Of a stretch of 64,000 bases of DNA, positions 11,301 through 25,000 are shown piece by piece (position 1 is the stretch's first letter; the number at the start of each line of letters is the position of its first letter). The position numbers and the translations under genes are program-made. The stretch is from the NCBI RefSeq assembly GCF_009914755.1, contig NC_060933.1; one strand, given 5' to 3'. Source of the DNA: the human T2T-CHM13v2.0 reference genome, Homo sapiens. The notes beneath the pieces were generated by a model, which was given only the letters and a program-made list of their open reading frames with translations, did no database searches and had not been told where the DNA came from.

Positions 11301-14274
11301 ATTTGGAAGTGGACATTGGCAGCGCTTTCAGGCCTATGGTGAAAAAGGAAATATCTTCTCCTAAAAACCAGACAGAAGCATTCTCAGAAACTTCCTTGTG
11401 ATGTGTGTACTCAAATAACAGAGTTGAACCTTACTTTTGACAGAGCAGTTTTGAAACACTCTTTTTGTAGAATCTGCAAGAGGATATTTTGATACCTTTG
11501 AGGATTTCGTTGGACACGGGATATTTTCATATAAACTCTAGACGGAAGCATTCTCAGAAACTTCTTTGTGCTGTATGTCCTCAATTAACAGAGTTGAACC
11601 TTTGTGTGGATACAGCATTTAGGAAACATTCCTTTAGTAGAATCTGCAAGTTGATATTTAGATAGCTAGGAAGATTTCCTTGGAAACGGGAACATCTTCA
11701 TATAAAATCTATACGGAAGCATTCTCAGAAAGTGCTTTGTGATGTTTGCATTCAAGTCACAGAGTAGAATATTCCCTTTTATAGAGCAGGTTTCAAACAC
11801 TCTTTCTGCACTACCTGGAAGTGGATATTTGGAGCGCTTTGAGGCCTATGTTGAAAAAGGAAATATCTTCCCATATAAACTAGACAGAAGCATTCTCAGA
11901 AACTTGTTTGTGATGTGTGTATTCAACTAACAGAGATGAACCTTTCTTTTTACAGAGCAGTTTTGAAACACTCTTTTTGTGGAATCTGAAAGTGGATATT
12001 TGGATAGCTTTGAGGATTTCGTTGGAAACGGGATTACATATAAAATCTAGAGAGAAGCATTCTCAGGAACTTCTTTGTGATGTTTGCATTCACGTCACAG
12101 AACTGAACATTCCCTTTCATAGAGCATGTTTGAAACACTCTTTCTGTAGTATCTGCAAGCGGACATTTCAAGCGCTTTCAGGCCTATTGTGAGAAAGGAA
12201 ATATCTTCAAATAAAAACTAGACAGAAGCATTCTCAGAAACTTATTTGCGATGTGTGTCCTCAACTAACAGAGTTGATCCTTTGTTTTGATACAGCACTT
12301 TGGAAACACTCTTTTGGTAGAATCTGCAGGTGGATACTTGGATACCTTTGAAGGTTTCGTTAGAAACGGGAATATCTTCACATAAAATCAAGACAGAAGC
12401 ATTCTCAGAAACTTCTCTGTGATGTTTGCATTCAACTCATAGAGTGGAACACTTCCTTTCATAGGGCAGGTATGAAACACCCTTTTTGTAATATTTGGAA
12501 GTGGACATTGTCAGCGCTTTGAGGCCTATGGTGAAAAAGGAAATATCTTCTCCTAAAAACCAGACAGAAGCATTCTCAGAAACTTCCTTGTGATGTGTGT
12601 ACTCAAGTAACAGAGTTGAACCTTCCTTTTGACAGAGCAGTTTTGAAACACTCTTTCTGTAGAATCTGCAAGTGGATATTTTGATACCTTTGAGGATTTC
12701 GTTGGACACGGGATATCTTCATATAAAATCTAGACAGAAGCATTCTCAGAAACTTCTTTGTGCTGTATGTCCTCAATTAACAGATTTGAACCTTTGTTTC
12801 CATACAGCATTTTGGAAACATTCCTTTAGTAGAATCTGCAAGTTGATATTTAGATTGCTAGGAAGATTTCCTTGGAAACGGGAATATCTTCATATAAAAT
12901 CTAGACGGAAGCATTCTCAGAAACTGCTTTGTGATGTTTTCATTCAAGTCACAGAGTAGAATGTTCCCTTTTATAGAGCAGGTTTCAAACACTCTTTCTG
13001 CACTACCTGGAAGTGGACATTTGGAGCGCTTTGAGGCCTATGTTGAAAAAGGAAATATCTTCCCATATAAACTAGACAGAAGCATTCTCAGAAACTTGTT
13101 TGTGATGTGTGTATTCAACTAACAGAGATGAACCTTTCTTTTTACAGAGCAGTTTTTAAACACTCTTTTTGTGGAATCTGAAAGTGGATATTTGGATAGC
13201 TTTGAGGATTTCGTTGGAAACGGGATTACATATAAAATCTAGAGAGAAGCATTCTCAGGAACTTCTTTGTGATGTTTGCATTCACGTCACAGAACTGAAC
13301 TTTCCTTTTCATAGAGCATGTTTGAAACACTCTTTCTATACTACCTGCAAGCGGACATTTCAAGCGCTTTCAGGCCTATGGTGAGAAAGGAAATATCTTC
13401 AAATAAAAACTAGACAGAAGCATTCTCAGATACTTATTTGCGATGTGTGTCCTCAACTAACAGAGTTGAACCTTTTTTTTGATACAGCACTTTGGAAACA
13501 CTCTTTTGGTAGAATCTGCAGGTGGATACTTGGATAGATTTGAAGGTTTCGTTGGAAACGGGAATATCTTCATATAAAATCAAGAAGGAAGCATTCTCAG
13601 AAACTTCTCTGTTATGTTTGCATTCAACTCATGGTGTTGAACACTTCCTTTCATAGAGCAGGTTTGAAACACTCTTTTTGTAATATTTGGAAGTGGACAT
13701 TGGCAGCACTTTGAGGCCTATGGTGAAAAAGGAAATATCTTCTCCTAAAAATCAGACAGAAGTATTCTCAGAAACTTCCTTGTGATGTGTGTACTCAAGT
13801 AACAGAGTTGAACCTTCCTTTTGACAGAGCCATTTTGAAACACTCTTTTTGGAGAATCTGCAAGTAGATATTTGGATACCTTTGAGGATTTCGTTGGAAA
13901 CGGGATATCTTCATATAAAATCAAGACAGAAGCATTCTCAGAAACTACTTTGTGCTGTATGTCCTCAATTAACAGCGTTGAACCTTTGTTTGGATACAGC
14001 ATTTTGGAAACATTCCTTTAGTAGAATCTGCAAGTGGATATTTAGTTAGCTAGGAAGATTTCCTTGGAAACGGGAATATCTTCATATAAAATCTAGACGT
14101 AAGCATTCTCAGAAAGTGCTTTGTGATGTTTGCATTCAAGTCACAGAGTAGAATATTCGCTTTTATGGAGCCGGTTTGAAACACTCTTTCTGCACTACCT
14201 GGAAGTAGACATTTGGAGCGCTTTGAGGGCTATGTTGAAAATGGAAATATCTTCCCATAAAAACTAGACACAAG

Positions 14275-15292
14275 CATTCTCAGAAACTTGTTTGTGATAT
14301 GTGTATTCAACTAACAGAGATGAACCTTTCTTTTTACAGAGCAGTTTTAAAACACTCTTTTTATGGAATCTGACAGTGGATATTTGGATAGCTTTGAGGA
14401 TTTCGTTGGAAAGGGGATTACATATAAAATCTAGAGAGAAGCATTCTCAGGAACTTCTTTGTGATGTTTGCATTCAAGTCACAGAACTGAACATTCCCTT
14501 TCATAGAGCAGGTTTGAAACACTCTTTTTGTAGTATCTGCAAGCGACTTTTCAAGTACTTTCAGGCCTATGGTGAGAAAGGAAATATCTTCAAATAAAAA
14601 CTAGACAGAAGCATTCTCAGAAACTTATTTGCGATGTGTGTTCTCAACTAACAGAGTTGAACCTTTGTTTTGATACAGCATTTTGGAAACACTCTTTTTG
14701 TAGAATCTGCTGGTGGATATTTGGATAGCTTTGAAGGTTTCGTTGGAAACGGGAATATCATCATATAAAATCAAGACAGAAGCATTCTCAGAAACTTCTC
14801 TGTGATGTTTGCATTAAACTCATAGAGTTGAACACTTCCCTTCATAGAGCAGGTTAGAAACACTCTTTTTGTAGAATCTGCAAGTAGATATTTGGATACC
14901 TTTGAGGATTTCTTTGGAAACGGGATATCTTCATATAAAATCTAGAGAGAAGCATTCTCAGAAACTTCTTTGTGCTGTATGTCCTCAATTAACAGAGTTG
15001 AACCTTTGTGTGGATACAGCATTTTGGAAACATTCCTTTATTACTATCTGCAAGTTGATATTTAGATAGCTAGGAAGATTTCCTTGGAAACGGGAATATC
15101 TTCATATAAAATCTAGACGGATGCATTCTCAGAAACTGCTTTGTGATGTTTTCATTCAAGTCACAGAGTAGAATGTTTCCTTTTATAGAGCAGGTTTGAA
15201 ACAGTCTGTGCACTACCTGGAAGTGAACATTTTGAGCGCTTTGAGGCCTATGTTGGAAAAGGAAATATCTTCCCATAAAAACTAGACAGAAC
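14275..15292 (+). repeat. 6-mer HOR variant A-B-C-(D/E)-F-G
   Basis: 1018-bp spacing. The monomer at 14783-14952 starts as D (CTCTGTGATG...AACACTTCCC) and ends as E (AAGTAGATATTTGGATACC...GGGATATCT). Confidence 0.85.
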
Positions 15293-15972
15293 CATTCTCA
15301 GAAACTTGTTTGTGATGTGTGAATTCAACTAACAGAGATGAACCTTTCTTTTTACAGAGCAGTTTTGAAACACTCTTTTTCTGGAATCTGAAAGTGGATA
15401 TTTGGATAGCTTTGAGGATTTCGTTGGAAACGGGATTACATATAACATCTAGAGAGAAGCATTCTCAGGAACTTCTTTGTGATGTTTGCATTCACGTCAC
15501 AGAACTGAATATTCCCTTTCATAGAGCATGTTTGAAAAACTCTTTCTGTAGTATCTGCAAGCGGACATTTCAAGCGCTTTCAGGCCTATGGTGAGAAAGG
15601 AAATATCTTCAAATAAAAACTAGACAGAAGCATTCTCAGAAACTTCTTTGTGCTGTATGTCCTCAATTAACAGAGTTGAACCTTTGTGTGGATACAGCAC
15701 TTTGGAAACATTCCTTTAGTAGAATCTGCAAGTTGATATTTAGATAGCTAGGAAGATTTCCTTGGAAACGGCAACATCTTCATATAAAATCTAGACGGAA
15801 ACATTCTCAGAAAGTGCTTTGTGATGTTTGCATTCAAGTCACAGAGTAGAATATTCCCTTTTATAGAGCAGGTTTCAAACACACTTTCTGCACTACCTGG
15901 AAGTGGACATTTGGAGCGCTTTGAGGGCTATGTTGAAAATGGAAATATCTTCCCATAAAAACTAGACAGAAG
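15293..15972 (+). repeat. 4-mer HOR variant A-B-F-G
   Basis: 680-bp unit; B is followed directly at 15631 by F (CTTCTTTGTGCTGTATGTCCTCAATT). Confidence 0.85.
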
Positions 15973-18354
15973 CATTCTCAGAAACTTGTTTGTGATATCT
16001 GTATTCAACTAACAGAGATGAACCTTTCTTTTTACACAGCAGTTTTAAAACACTCTTTTTGTGGAATCTGAAAGTGGATATTTGGATAGCTTTGAGGATA
16101 TTGTTGGAAACGGTATTACATATAAAATCTAGAGAGAAGAATTCTCAGGATCTTCTTTGTGATGTTTGCATTCAAGTCGCAGAACTGAACATTCCCTTTC
16201 ATAGAGCAGGTTTGAAACACTCTTTCTGTAGTATCTGCAAGCGGACGTTTCAAGCGCTTTCAGGCCTATGGTTAGAAAGGAAATATCTTCAAATAAAAAC
16301 TAGACAGAAGCATTCTCAGAAACTTATTTGCGATGTGTGTCCTCAACTAACAGAGTTGAACCTTTGTTTTGATACAACATTTTGGAAACACTCTTTTTGT
16401 AGAATCTGCTGGTGGATACTTGGATAGCTTTGAAGGTTTCGTTGGAAACGGGAATATCTTCACATAAAATCAAGACAGAAGCATTCTCAGAAACTTCTCT
16501 GTGATGTTTGCATTCAATTCATAGTGTTGAACGCTTCCTTTCATAGAGCAGGTTTGAAACACTCTTTTTGTAATATTTGGAAGTGGACATTGGCAGCACT
16601 TTGAGGCCTATGGTGAAAAAGGAAATATCTTCTCCTACAAACCAGACAGAAGTATTCTCAGAAACTTCCTTGTGATGTGTGTACTCAAGTAACAGAGTTG
16701 AACCTTCCTTTTGACAGAGCCATTCTGAAACACTCTTTTTGTAGAATCTGCAAGTAGATATTTGGATACCTTTGACGATTTCGTTGGAAACGGGATATCT
16801 TCATATAAAATCAAGACAGAAGCATTCTCAGAAACTACTTTGTGCTGTATGTCCTCAATTAACAGAGTTGAACCTTTGTGTGGATACAGCATTTTGGAAA
16901 CTTTCCTTTAGTAGAATCTGCAAGTTGATATTTAGATAGCTAGGAAGATTTCCTTTGAAACGGGAATATCTTCTTATAAAATCTACACGGAAGCATTCTA
17001 AGAAAGTGCTTTGTGATGTTTGCATTCAAGTCACAGAGTACAATATTCGCTTTTATGGAGCCGGTTTGAAACACTCTTTCTGCACTACCTGGAAGTGGAC
17101 ATTTGGAGCGCTTTGAGGGCTATGTTGAAAATGGAAATATCTTCCCATAAAAACTAGACAGAAGCATTCTCAGAAACTTGTTTGTGATATGTGTATTCAA
17201 CTAACAGCGATGAACCTTTCTTTTTACAGAGCAGTTTTGAAACACTCTTTTTGTGGAATCTGAAAGTGGATATTTGGATAGCTTTGAGGATTTCGTTGGA
17301 AACGGGATTACATATAAAATCTAGAGAGAAGCATTCTCAGGAACTCTTTTGTGATGTTTGCATTCAAGTCACAGAACTGAACATTCCCTTTCATAGAGCA
17401 TGTTTGAAACACTCTTTCTGTAGTATCTGCAAACGGACGTTTCAAGCGCTTTCAGGCCTATGGTGAGAAAGGAAATATCTTCAAATAAAAACTAGACAGA
17501 AGCATTCTCAGAAACTTATTTGCGATGTGTGTCTTCAACTAACAGAGTTGAACCTTTGTTTTGATACAACATTTTGGAACCACTCTTTTTGTAGAATCTG
17601 CAAGTGGATATTTGGATAGCTTTGAAGGTTTCGTTGGAAACGGGAATATCTTCATATAAAATCAAGACAGAAGCATTCTCAGAAACTTCTCTGTGATGTT
17701 TGCATTCAACTCATAGAGGTGAACACTTCCCTTCATAGAGCAGGTTTGAAACACTCTTTTTGTAATATTTGGAAGTGGACATTTGCAGCGCTTTGAGGCC
17801 TATGTTGAAAAAGGAAATATCTTCCCCTAAAAACCAGACAGAGGCATTCTCAGAAACTTCCTTGTGATGTGTGTACTCAAGTAACAGAGTTGAACCTTAC
17901 TTTTGACAGAGCAGTTTTGAGAAACTCTTTTTGTAGAATCTGGAAGTAGATATTTGGATACCTTTGAGGATTTCTTTGGAAACGGGATATCGTCATATAA
18001 AATCTAGACAGAAGCATTCTCAGACACTTCTTTCTGCTGTATGTCCTCAATTAACAGAGTTGAACCTTTGTGTGGATACAGCATTTTGGAAACATTCCTG
18101 TAGTAGAATCTGCAAGTTGATATTTAGATAGCTAGGGAGATTTCCTTGGAAACGGGAATATCTTCATATAAAATCTAGACGGAAGCATTCTCAGAAAGTG
18201 CTTTGTGATGTTTGCATTCAAGTCACAGAGTTGAATATTCCCTTTTATAGAGCAGGTTTGCAACACTCTGTGCACTACCTGGAAGTGGACATTTGGAGCG
18301 CTTTGAGGACTATGTTGAAAAAGGAAATATCTTCCCATAGAAACTAGACAGAAG

Positions 18355-19034
18355 CATTCTCAGAAACTTGTTTGTGATGTGTGTATTCAACTAACAGAGA
18401 TGAACCTTTCCTTTCACAGAGCAGTTTTGAAACACTCTTTTTGTGGAATCTGAAAGTGGATATTTGGATAGCTTTGAGGATTTCTTTGGAAACGGGATTA
18501 CATATAAAATCTAGGGAGAAGCATTCTCAGGAACTTCTTTGTGATGTTTGCATTCAAGTCACAGAACTGAACATTCCCTTTCATAGAGCAGGTTTGAAAC
18601 ACTCTTTCTGTAATATCTGCAAGCGGACGTTTCAAGCGCTTTCACGACTGTAGTGAAAAAGGAAATATCTTCAAATAAAAACTAGACAGAAGCATTCTCA
18701 GAAACTTATTTGCGATGTGTGTTCTCAACTATCAGAGTTGAACCTTTGTTTTGATACAGCATTTTGGAAACACTCTTTTTGTAGGATCTGCAGGTGGATA
18801 CTTGGATAGCTTTTAAGGTTTCGTTGGAAACGGGAATATCTTCATATAAAATCAAGACAGAAGCATTCTCAGAAACTTCTCTGTGATGTTTGCATTCAAC
18901 TCATAGAGTTGAATACTTCCTTTCATAGAGCAGGTTTGAAACACTCTTTCTGCACTACCTGGAAGTGGACATTTGGAGCGCTTTGAGGCCTATGTTGGAA
19001 AAGGAAATATCTTCCCATAAAAACTAGACAGAAG
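18355..19034 (+). repeat. 4-mer HOR variant A-B-C-(D/G hybrid); same type at 32464, 35349, 49295, 54214, 55572 and 58632
   Basis: The fourth monomer begins as D (CTCTGTGATG, AACTCATAGAG) and switches after GAAACACTCT to G (GCACTACCTGGAAG); units are 674-680 bp. Confidence 0.85.
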
Positions 19035-21410
19035 CATTCTCAGAAACTTGTTTGTGATGTGTGTATTCAACTAACAGAGATGAACCTTTCTTTTTACAGA
19101 GCAGTTTTGAAACACTCTTTTTGTGGAATCTGAAAGTGGATATTTGGATAGCTTTGAGGATTTCGTTGGAAACGGGATTACATATAAAATCTAGGGAGAA
19201 GCATTCTCAGGAACTTCTTTGTGATGTTTGCATTCAAGTCACAGAACTGAACATTCCCTTTCATAGAGCCGGTTTGAAACACTCTGTAGTATCTGCAAGC
19301 GGACGTTTCAAGCGCTTTCAGGCCTGTGGTGAAAAAGGAAATATCTTCAAATAAAAACTAGACAGAAGCATTCTCAGAAACTTATTTGCGATGTGTGTTC
19401 TCAACTAACAGAGTTGAACCTTTGTTTTGATACAGCATTTTGGAAACACTCTTTTTGTAGGATCTGCAGGTGGATATTTGGATAGCTTTGAAGGTTTCAT
19501 TGGAAACGGGAATATCTTCATATAAAATCAAGACGGAAGCATTCTCAGAAACTTCTCTGTGATGTTTGCATTCAACTCATAGAGTTGAACACTTCCTTTC
19601 ATAGAGCTGGTTTGAAATACTCATTTTGTAATATTTGGAAGTGGACATTGGCAGCGCTTTGAGGCCTATGGTGAAAAAGGAGATATCTTCTATTAAAAAC
19701 CAGACAGAAGCATTCTCAGAATCTTCCTTGTGATGTGTGTACTCAAGTAACAGAGTTGAACCTTCCTTTTGACAGAGCAGTTTTGAAGCACTCTTTTTGT
19801 AGAATCTGCAAGTGGATATTTTGATACCTTTGAGGATTTCGTTGGACACGGGATATCTTCATATAAAATCTAGACAGAAGCATTCGCAGAAACTTCTTTG
19901 TGCTGTATGTCCTCAATTAACAGAGTTGAACCTTTGTTTCGATACAGCATTTTGGAAACATTCCTTTAGTAGAATCTGCAATTGATATTTAGATAGCTTG
20001 GAAGATTTCCTTGGAAACGGGAATATCTTCATATCAAATCTAGACGGAAGCATTCTCAGAAAGTGCTTTGTGATGTTTGCATTCAAGTCACAGAGTTGAC
20101 TATTCCCCTTTATAGAGCAGGTTTGAAACACTCTTTCTGCACTACCTGGAAGTGGACATTTGGAGCGCTTTGAGGCCTATGTTGAAAAAGGAAATATCTT
20201 CCCATAAAAACTAGACAGAAGCATTCTCAGAAACTTGTTTGTGATGTGTGTATTCAACTAACAGAGATGAACCTTTCTTTTTACAGAGCAGTTTTGAAAC
20301 ACTCTTTTTGTGGAATCTGAAAGTGGATATTTGGATAGCTTTGAGGATTTCGTTGGAAACGGGATTACATATAAAATCTAGAGAGAAGCATTCTCAGGAA
20401 CTTCTTTGTGATGTTTGCATTCACGTCACAGAACTGAACATTCCCTTTCATAGAGCATGTTTGAAACACTCTTTCTGTAGTATCTGCAAACGGACATTTC
20501 AAGCGCTTTCAGGCCTATGGTGAGAAAGGAAATATCTTCAAATAAAAACTAGACAGAAGCATTCTTAGAAACTTATTTGCGATGTGTGTCCTCAACTAAC
20601 AGAGTTGAACCTTTCTTTTGATACAACATTTTGGAAACACTCTTTTTGTAGAATCTGCAAGTGGATATTTGGATAGCTTTGAAGGTTTCGTTGGAAACGG
20701 GAATATCTTCATATAAAATCAAGACAGAAGCATTCTCAGAAACTTCTCTGTGATGTTTGCATTTAACTCATAGAGTTGAACACTTCCCTTCATACAGCAG
20801 GTTTGAAACACTCTTTTTGTAATATTTGGAAGTGGACATTTGCAGCGCTTTGAGGCCTATGTTGAAAAAGGAAATATCTTCTCCTAAAAACCAGACAGAA
20901 GCATTCTCAGAAACTTCCTTGTGATGTGTGTACTCAAGTAACAGACTTGAACCTTACTTTTGACATTGCCGTTTTGAAACAGTCTTTTTGTAGAATCTGG
21001 AAGTAGATATTTGGATACCTTTTAGGATTTCTTTGGAAACGGGATATCTTCATATAAAATCTAGACAGAAGCATTCTCAGAAAGTTCTTTGTGCTGTATG
21101 TCCTCCATTAACAGAGTTGAACCTTTGTGTGGATACAGCATTTTGGAAACATTCCTTTAGTAGAATCTGCAAGTTGATATTTAGATAGCTAGGAAGATTT
21201 CCTTGAAACGGGAATATCTTCTTATAAAATCTAGACGGAAGGATTCTCAGAAAGTGCTTTGTGATGTTTGCATTCAAGTCACAGAGTAGAATGTTCCCTT
21301 TTATAGAGCAGGTTTGAAACACTCTGTGCACTACGTGGAAGTGGACATTGGGAGCGCTTTGAGGCCTATGTTGAAAAAGGAAATATCTTCCCATAAAAAC
21401 TAGACAGAAG

Positions 21411-22090
21411 CATTCTCAGAAACTTGTTTGTGATGTGTGTATTCAACTAACAGAGATGAACCTTTCTTTTTACAGAGCAGTTTTGAAACACTCTTTTTGT
21501 GGAATCTGAAAGTGGATATTTGGATAGCTTTGAGGGTTTCGTTGGAAACGGGATTACATATAAAATCTAGGGAGAAGCATTCTCAGGAACTTCTTTGTGA
21601 TGTTTGCATTCAAGTCACAGAACTGAACATTCCCTTTCATAGAGCAGGTTTGAAACACTCTTTCTGTGGTATCTGCAAGCGGACGTTGCAAGCGCTTTCA
21701 GGCCTGTGGTGAAAAAGGAAATATCTTCAAATAAAAACTAGACAGAAGCATTCTCAGAAACTTATTTGCGATGTGTGTTCTCAACTAACAGAGTTGAACC
21801 TTTGTTTTGATACGGCATTTTGGAAACACTCTTTTTGTAGAATCTGCAGGTGGATATTCGGATAGCTTTGAAGGTTTCGTTGGAAACGGGAATATCTTCA
21901 TACAAAATCTAGACGGAAGCATTCTCAGAAACTGCTTTGTGATGTTTTCATTCAAGTCACAGAGTAGAATGTTCCCTGTTATATACCAGGTTTGAGACAC
22001 TCTTTCCGCACTACCTGGAAGTGGACATTTGGAGCGCTTTGAGGCCTATGATGAAAAAGGAAATATCTTCCCATAAAAACTACACAGAAG
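21411..22090 (+). repeat. 4-mer HOR variant A-B-C-G (C ends with the F-type TCTAGACGG); same type at 24470, 25150, 27022, 28894, 29912, 31784, 33480, 40790, 46234 and 52351
   Basis: 676-680-bp units. C carries GATACGGCATT and GATATTCGG, and is followed directly by G (AAACTGCTTTG/AAAGTGCTTTG), often the TATACCAGGTTTGAGACAC variant. Confidence 0.85.
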
Positions 22091-25000
22091 CATTCTCAGA
22101 AACTTGTTTGTGATGTGTGTATTCAACTAACAGAGATGAACCTTTCTTTTTACAGAGCAGTTTTGAAACACTCTTTTTGTGGAATCTGAAAGTCGATATT
22201 TGGATAGCTTTGAGGATTTCGTTGGAAACGGGATTACATATAAAATCTAGAGAGAAGCATTCTCAGGAACTTCTTTGTGATGTTTGCATTCACGTCACAG
22301 AACTGAACATTCCCTTTCATAGAGGATGTTTGAAACACTCTTTCTGTAGTATCTGAAAACGGACATTCCAAGCGCTTTCAGGCCTATGGTGAGAAAGGAA
22401 ATATCTTCAAATAAAAACTAGACAGAAGCATTCTCAGAAACTTATTTGCGATGTGTGTCCTCAACTAACAGAGTTGAACCTTTCTTTTGATACAACATTT
22501 TGGAACCACTCTTTTTGTAGAATCTGCAAGTGGATATTTGGATAGCTTTGAAGGTTTCGTTGGAAACGGGAATATATTCATATAAAATCAACACAGAAGC
22601 ATTCTCAGAAACTTCTCTGTGATGTTTGCATTCAACTCATAGAGTTGAAAACTTCCCTTCATACAGCAGGTTTGAAACACTCTTTTTGTAATATTTGGAA
22701 GTGGCCATTTGCAGCGCTTTGAGGCCTATGTTGAAAAAGGAAATATCTTCTCCTAAAAACCAGACAGAAGCATTCTCAGAAACTTCCTTGTGATGTGTGT
22801 ACTCAAGTAACAGAGTTGAACCTTACTTTTGACAGAGCCGTTTTGAAACAGTCTTTTTGTAGAATCTGGAAGTAGATATTTGGTTACCTTTGAGGATTTC
22901 TTTGGAAACGGTATATCTTCATATAAAATCTAGACAGAAGCATTCTCAGAAACTTCTTTGTGCTGTATGACCTCAATTAACAGAGTTGAACCTTTGTGTG
23001 GATACAGCATTTTGGAAACATTCCTTTAGTAGAATCTGCAAGTTGATATTTAGATAGCTAGGAAGATTTCCTTGGAAACGGGAATATCTTCATATAAAAT
23101 CTAGACGGAAGCATTCTCAGAAACTGCTTTGTGATGTCTTCATTCAAGTCACAGAGTAGAATGTTCCCTTTAATAGAGCAGGTTTGAAACACTCTGTGCA
23201 CTACCTGGAAGTGGACATTTGGAGCGCTTTGAGGCCTATGTTGAAAAAGGAAATATCTTCCCATAGAAACTAGACAGAAGCATTCTCAGAAACTTATTTG
23301 TGATGTGTATATTCAACTAACAGAGATGAACCTTTCTTTTTACAGAGCAGTTTTGAAACACTCTTTTTGTGGAATCTGAAAGTGGATATTTGGATAGCTT
23401 TGAGGATTTCGTTGGAAACGGGATTACATATAAAATCTAGGGAGAAGCATTCTCAGGAACTTCTTTGTGATGTTTGCATTCAAGTCACAGACCTGAACAT
23501 TCCCTTTCATAGAGCATGTTTGAAACACTCTTTCTGTAGTATCTGCAAACGGACATTCCAAGCGCTTTCAGGCCTATGGTGAGAAAGGAAATATCTTCAA
23601 ATAAAAACCAGACAGAAGCATTCTCAGAAACTTATTTGCGATGTGTGTTCTCAACTAACAGATGACCTTTGTTTTGATACAACATTTTGCAAACACTCTT
23701 TTGGGAGAATCTGCAGGTGAATACTTGGATAGCTTTGAAGGTTTCTTTGGAAACGGGAATATCTTCATATAAAATCAAGACAGAAGCATTCTCAGAAACT
23801 TCTCTGTGATGTTTGCATTCAACTCATAGAGGTGAACACTTCCCTTCATAGAGCAGGTTTGAAACACTCTTTTTGAAATATTTGGAAGTGGACATTTGCA
23901 GCGCTTTGAGGCCTATGTTGAAAAAGGAAATATCTTCTCCTAAAAACCAGACAGAAGCATTCTCAGAAACTTCCTTGTGATGTGTTTACTCAAGTAACAG
24001 TGTTGAATCTTACTTTTGACAGAGCCGTTTTGAAACACTCTTTTTGTAGAATCTGGAAGTAGATATTTGGATACCTTTGAGGATTTCTTTGGAAACGGGA
24101 TATCTTTATATAAAATCTACACAGAAGCATTCTCAGACACTTCTTTGTGCTGTATGTCCTCAATTAACAGAGTTGAACCTTTGTGTGGATACAGCATTTT
24201 GGAAACATTCCTTTAGTAGAATCTGCAAGTTGATATTTAGATAGCTAGGAAGATTTCCTTGGAAACGGGAATATCTTCATATAAAATCTAGACGGAAGCA
24301 TTCTCAGAAAGTGCTTTGTGATGTTTGCATTCAAGTCACAGACTTGAATATTCCCTTTTATAGAGCAGGTTTGAAACACTCTTTCTGCACTACCTGGAAG
24401 TGGACATTTGGAGCGCTTTGAGGCCTATGTTGAAAAAGGAAATATCTTCCCATAAAAACTAGACAGAAGCATTCTCAGAAACTTCTTTGTGATGTGTGTA
24501 TTCAACTAACACAGATGAACCTTTCTTTTTACAGAGCAGTTTTGAAACACTCTTTTTGTGGAATCTGAAAGTGGATATTTGGATAGCTTTGAGGATTTCG
24601 TTGGAAACGGGATTACATATAAAACCTAGAGAGAAGCATTCTCAGGAACTTCTTTGTGATGTTTGCATTCAAGTCACAGAACTGAACATTCCCTTTCATG
24701 GAGCATGTTTGAAACACTCTTTCTGTAGTATCTGCAAGCTGACGTTTCAAGCGCTTTCAGGCCTATGGTGAGAAAGGAAATATCTTCAAGTAAAAACTAG
24801 ACAGAAGCATTCTCAGAAACTTATTTGCCATGTGTGTTCTCAACTAACAGAGTTGAACCTTTGTTTTGATACGGCATTTTGGAAACACTCTTTTTGTAGA
24901 ATCTACAGGTGGATATTCGGATAGCTTTGAAGGTTTCGTTGGAAACGGGAATATCTTCATATAAAATCTAGACGGAAGCATTCTCAGAAAGTGCTTTGTG

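Larger units (their letters stand above)
3214..14274 (+). repeat. Peripheral domain of nine 7-mer HORs interrupted by one 2-mer; no 4-mers
   Basis: HOR starts at 3214, 4402, 5590, 6782, (7974 2-mer), 8315, 9505, ~10698, 11891 and 13083. Copies carry more private variants than those further right. Confidence 0.85.

Noticed and set aside
19270-19295. Isolated small indels (e.g. 5-bp deletion at ~19283, 3-bp at ~23662, 1-bp insertions at ~9805 and ~11189)
   Set aside because: These are singletons consistent with ordinary mutation or sequencing error and are not informative on their own.
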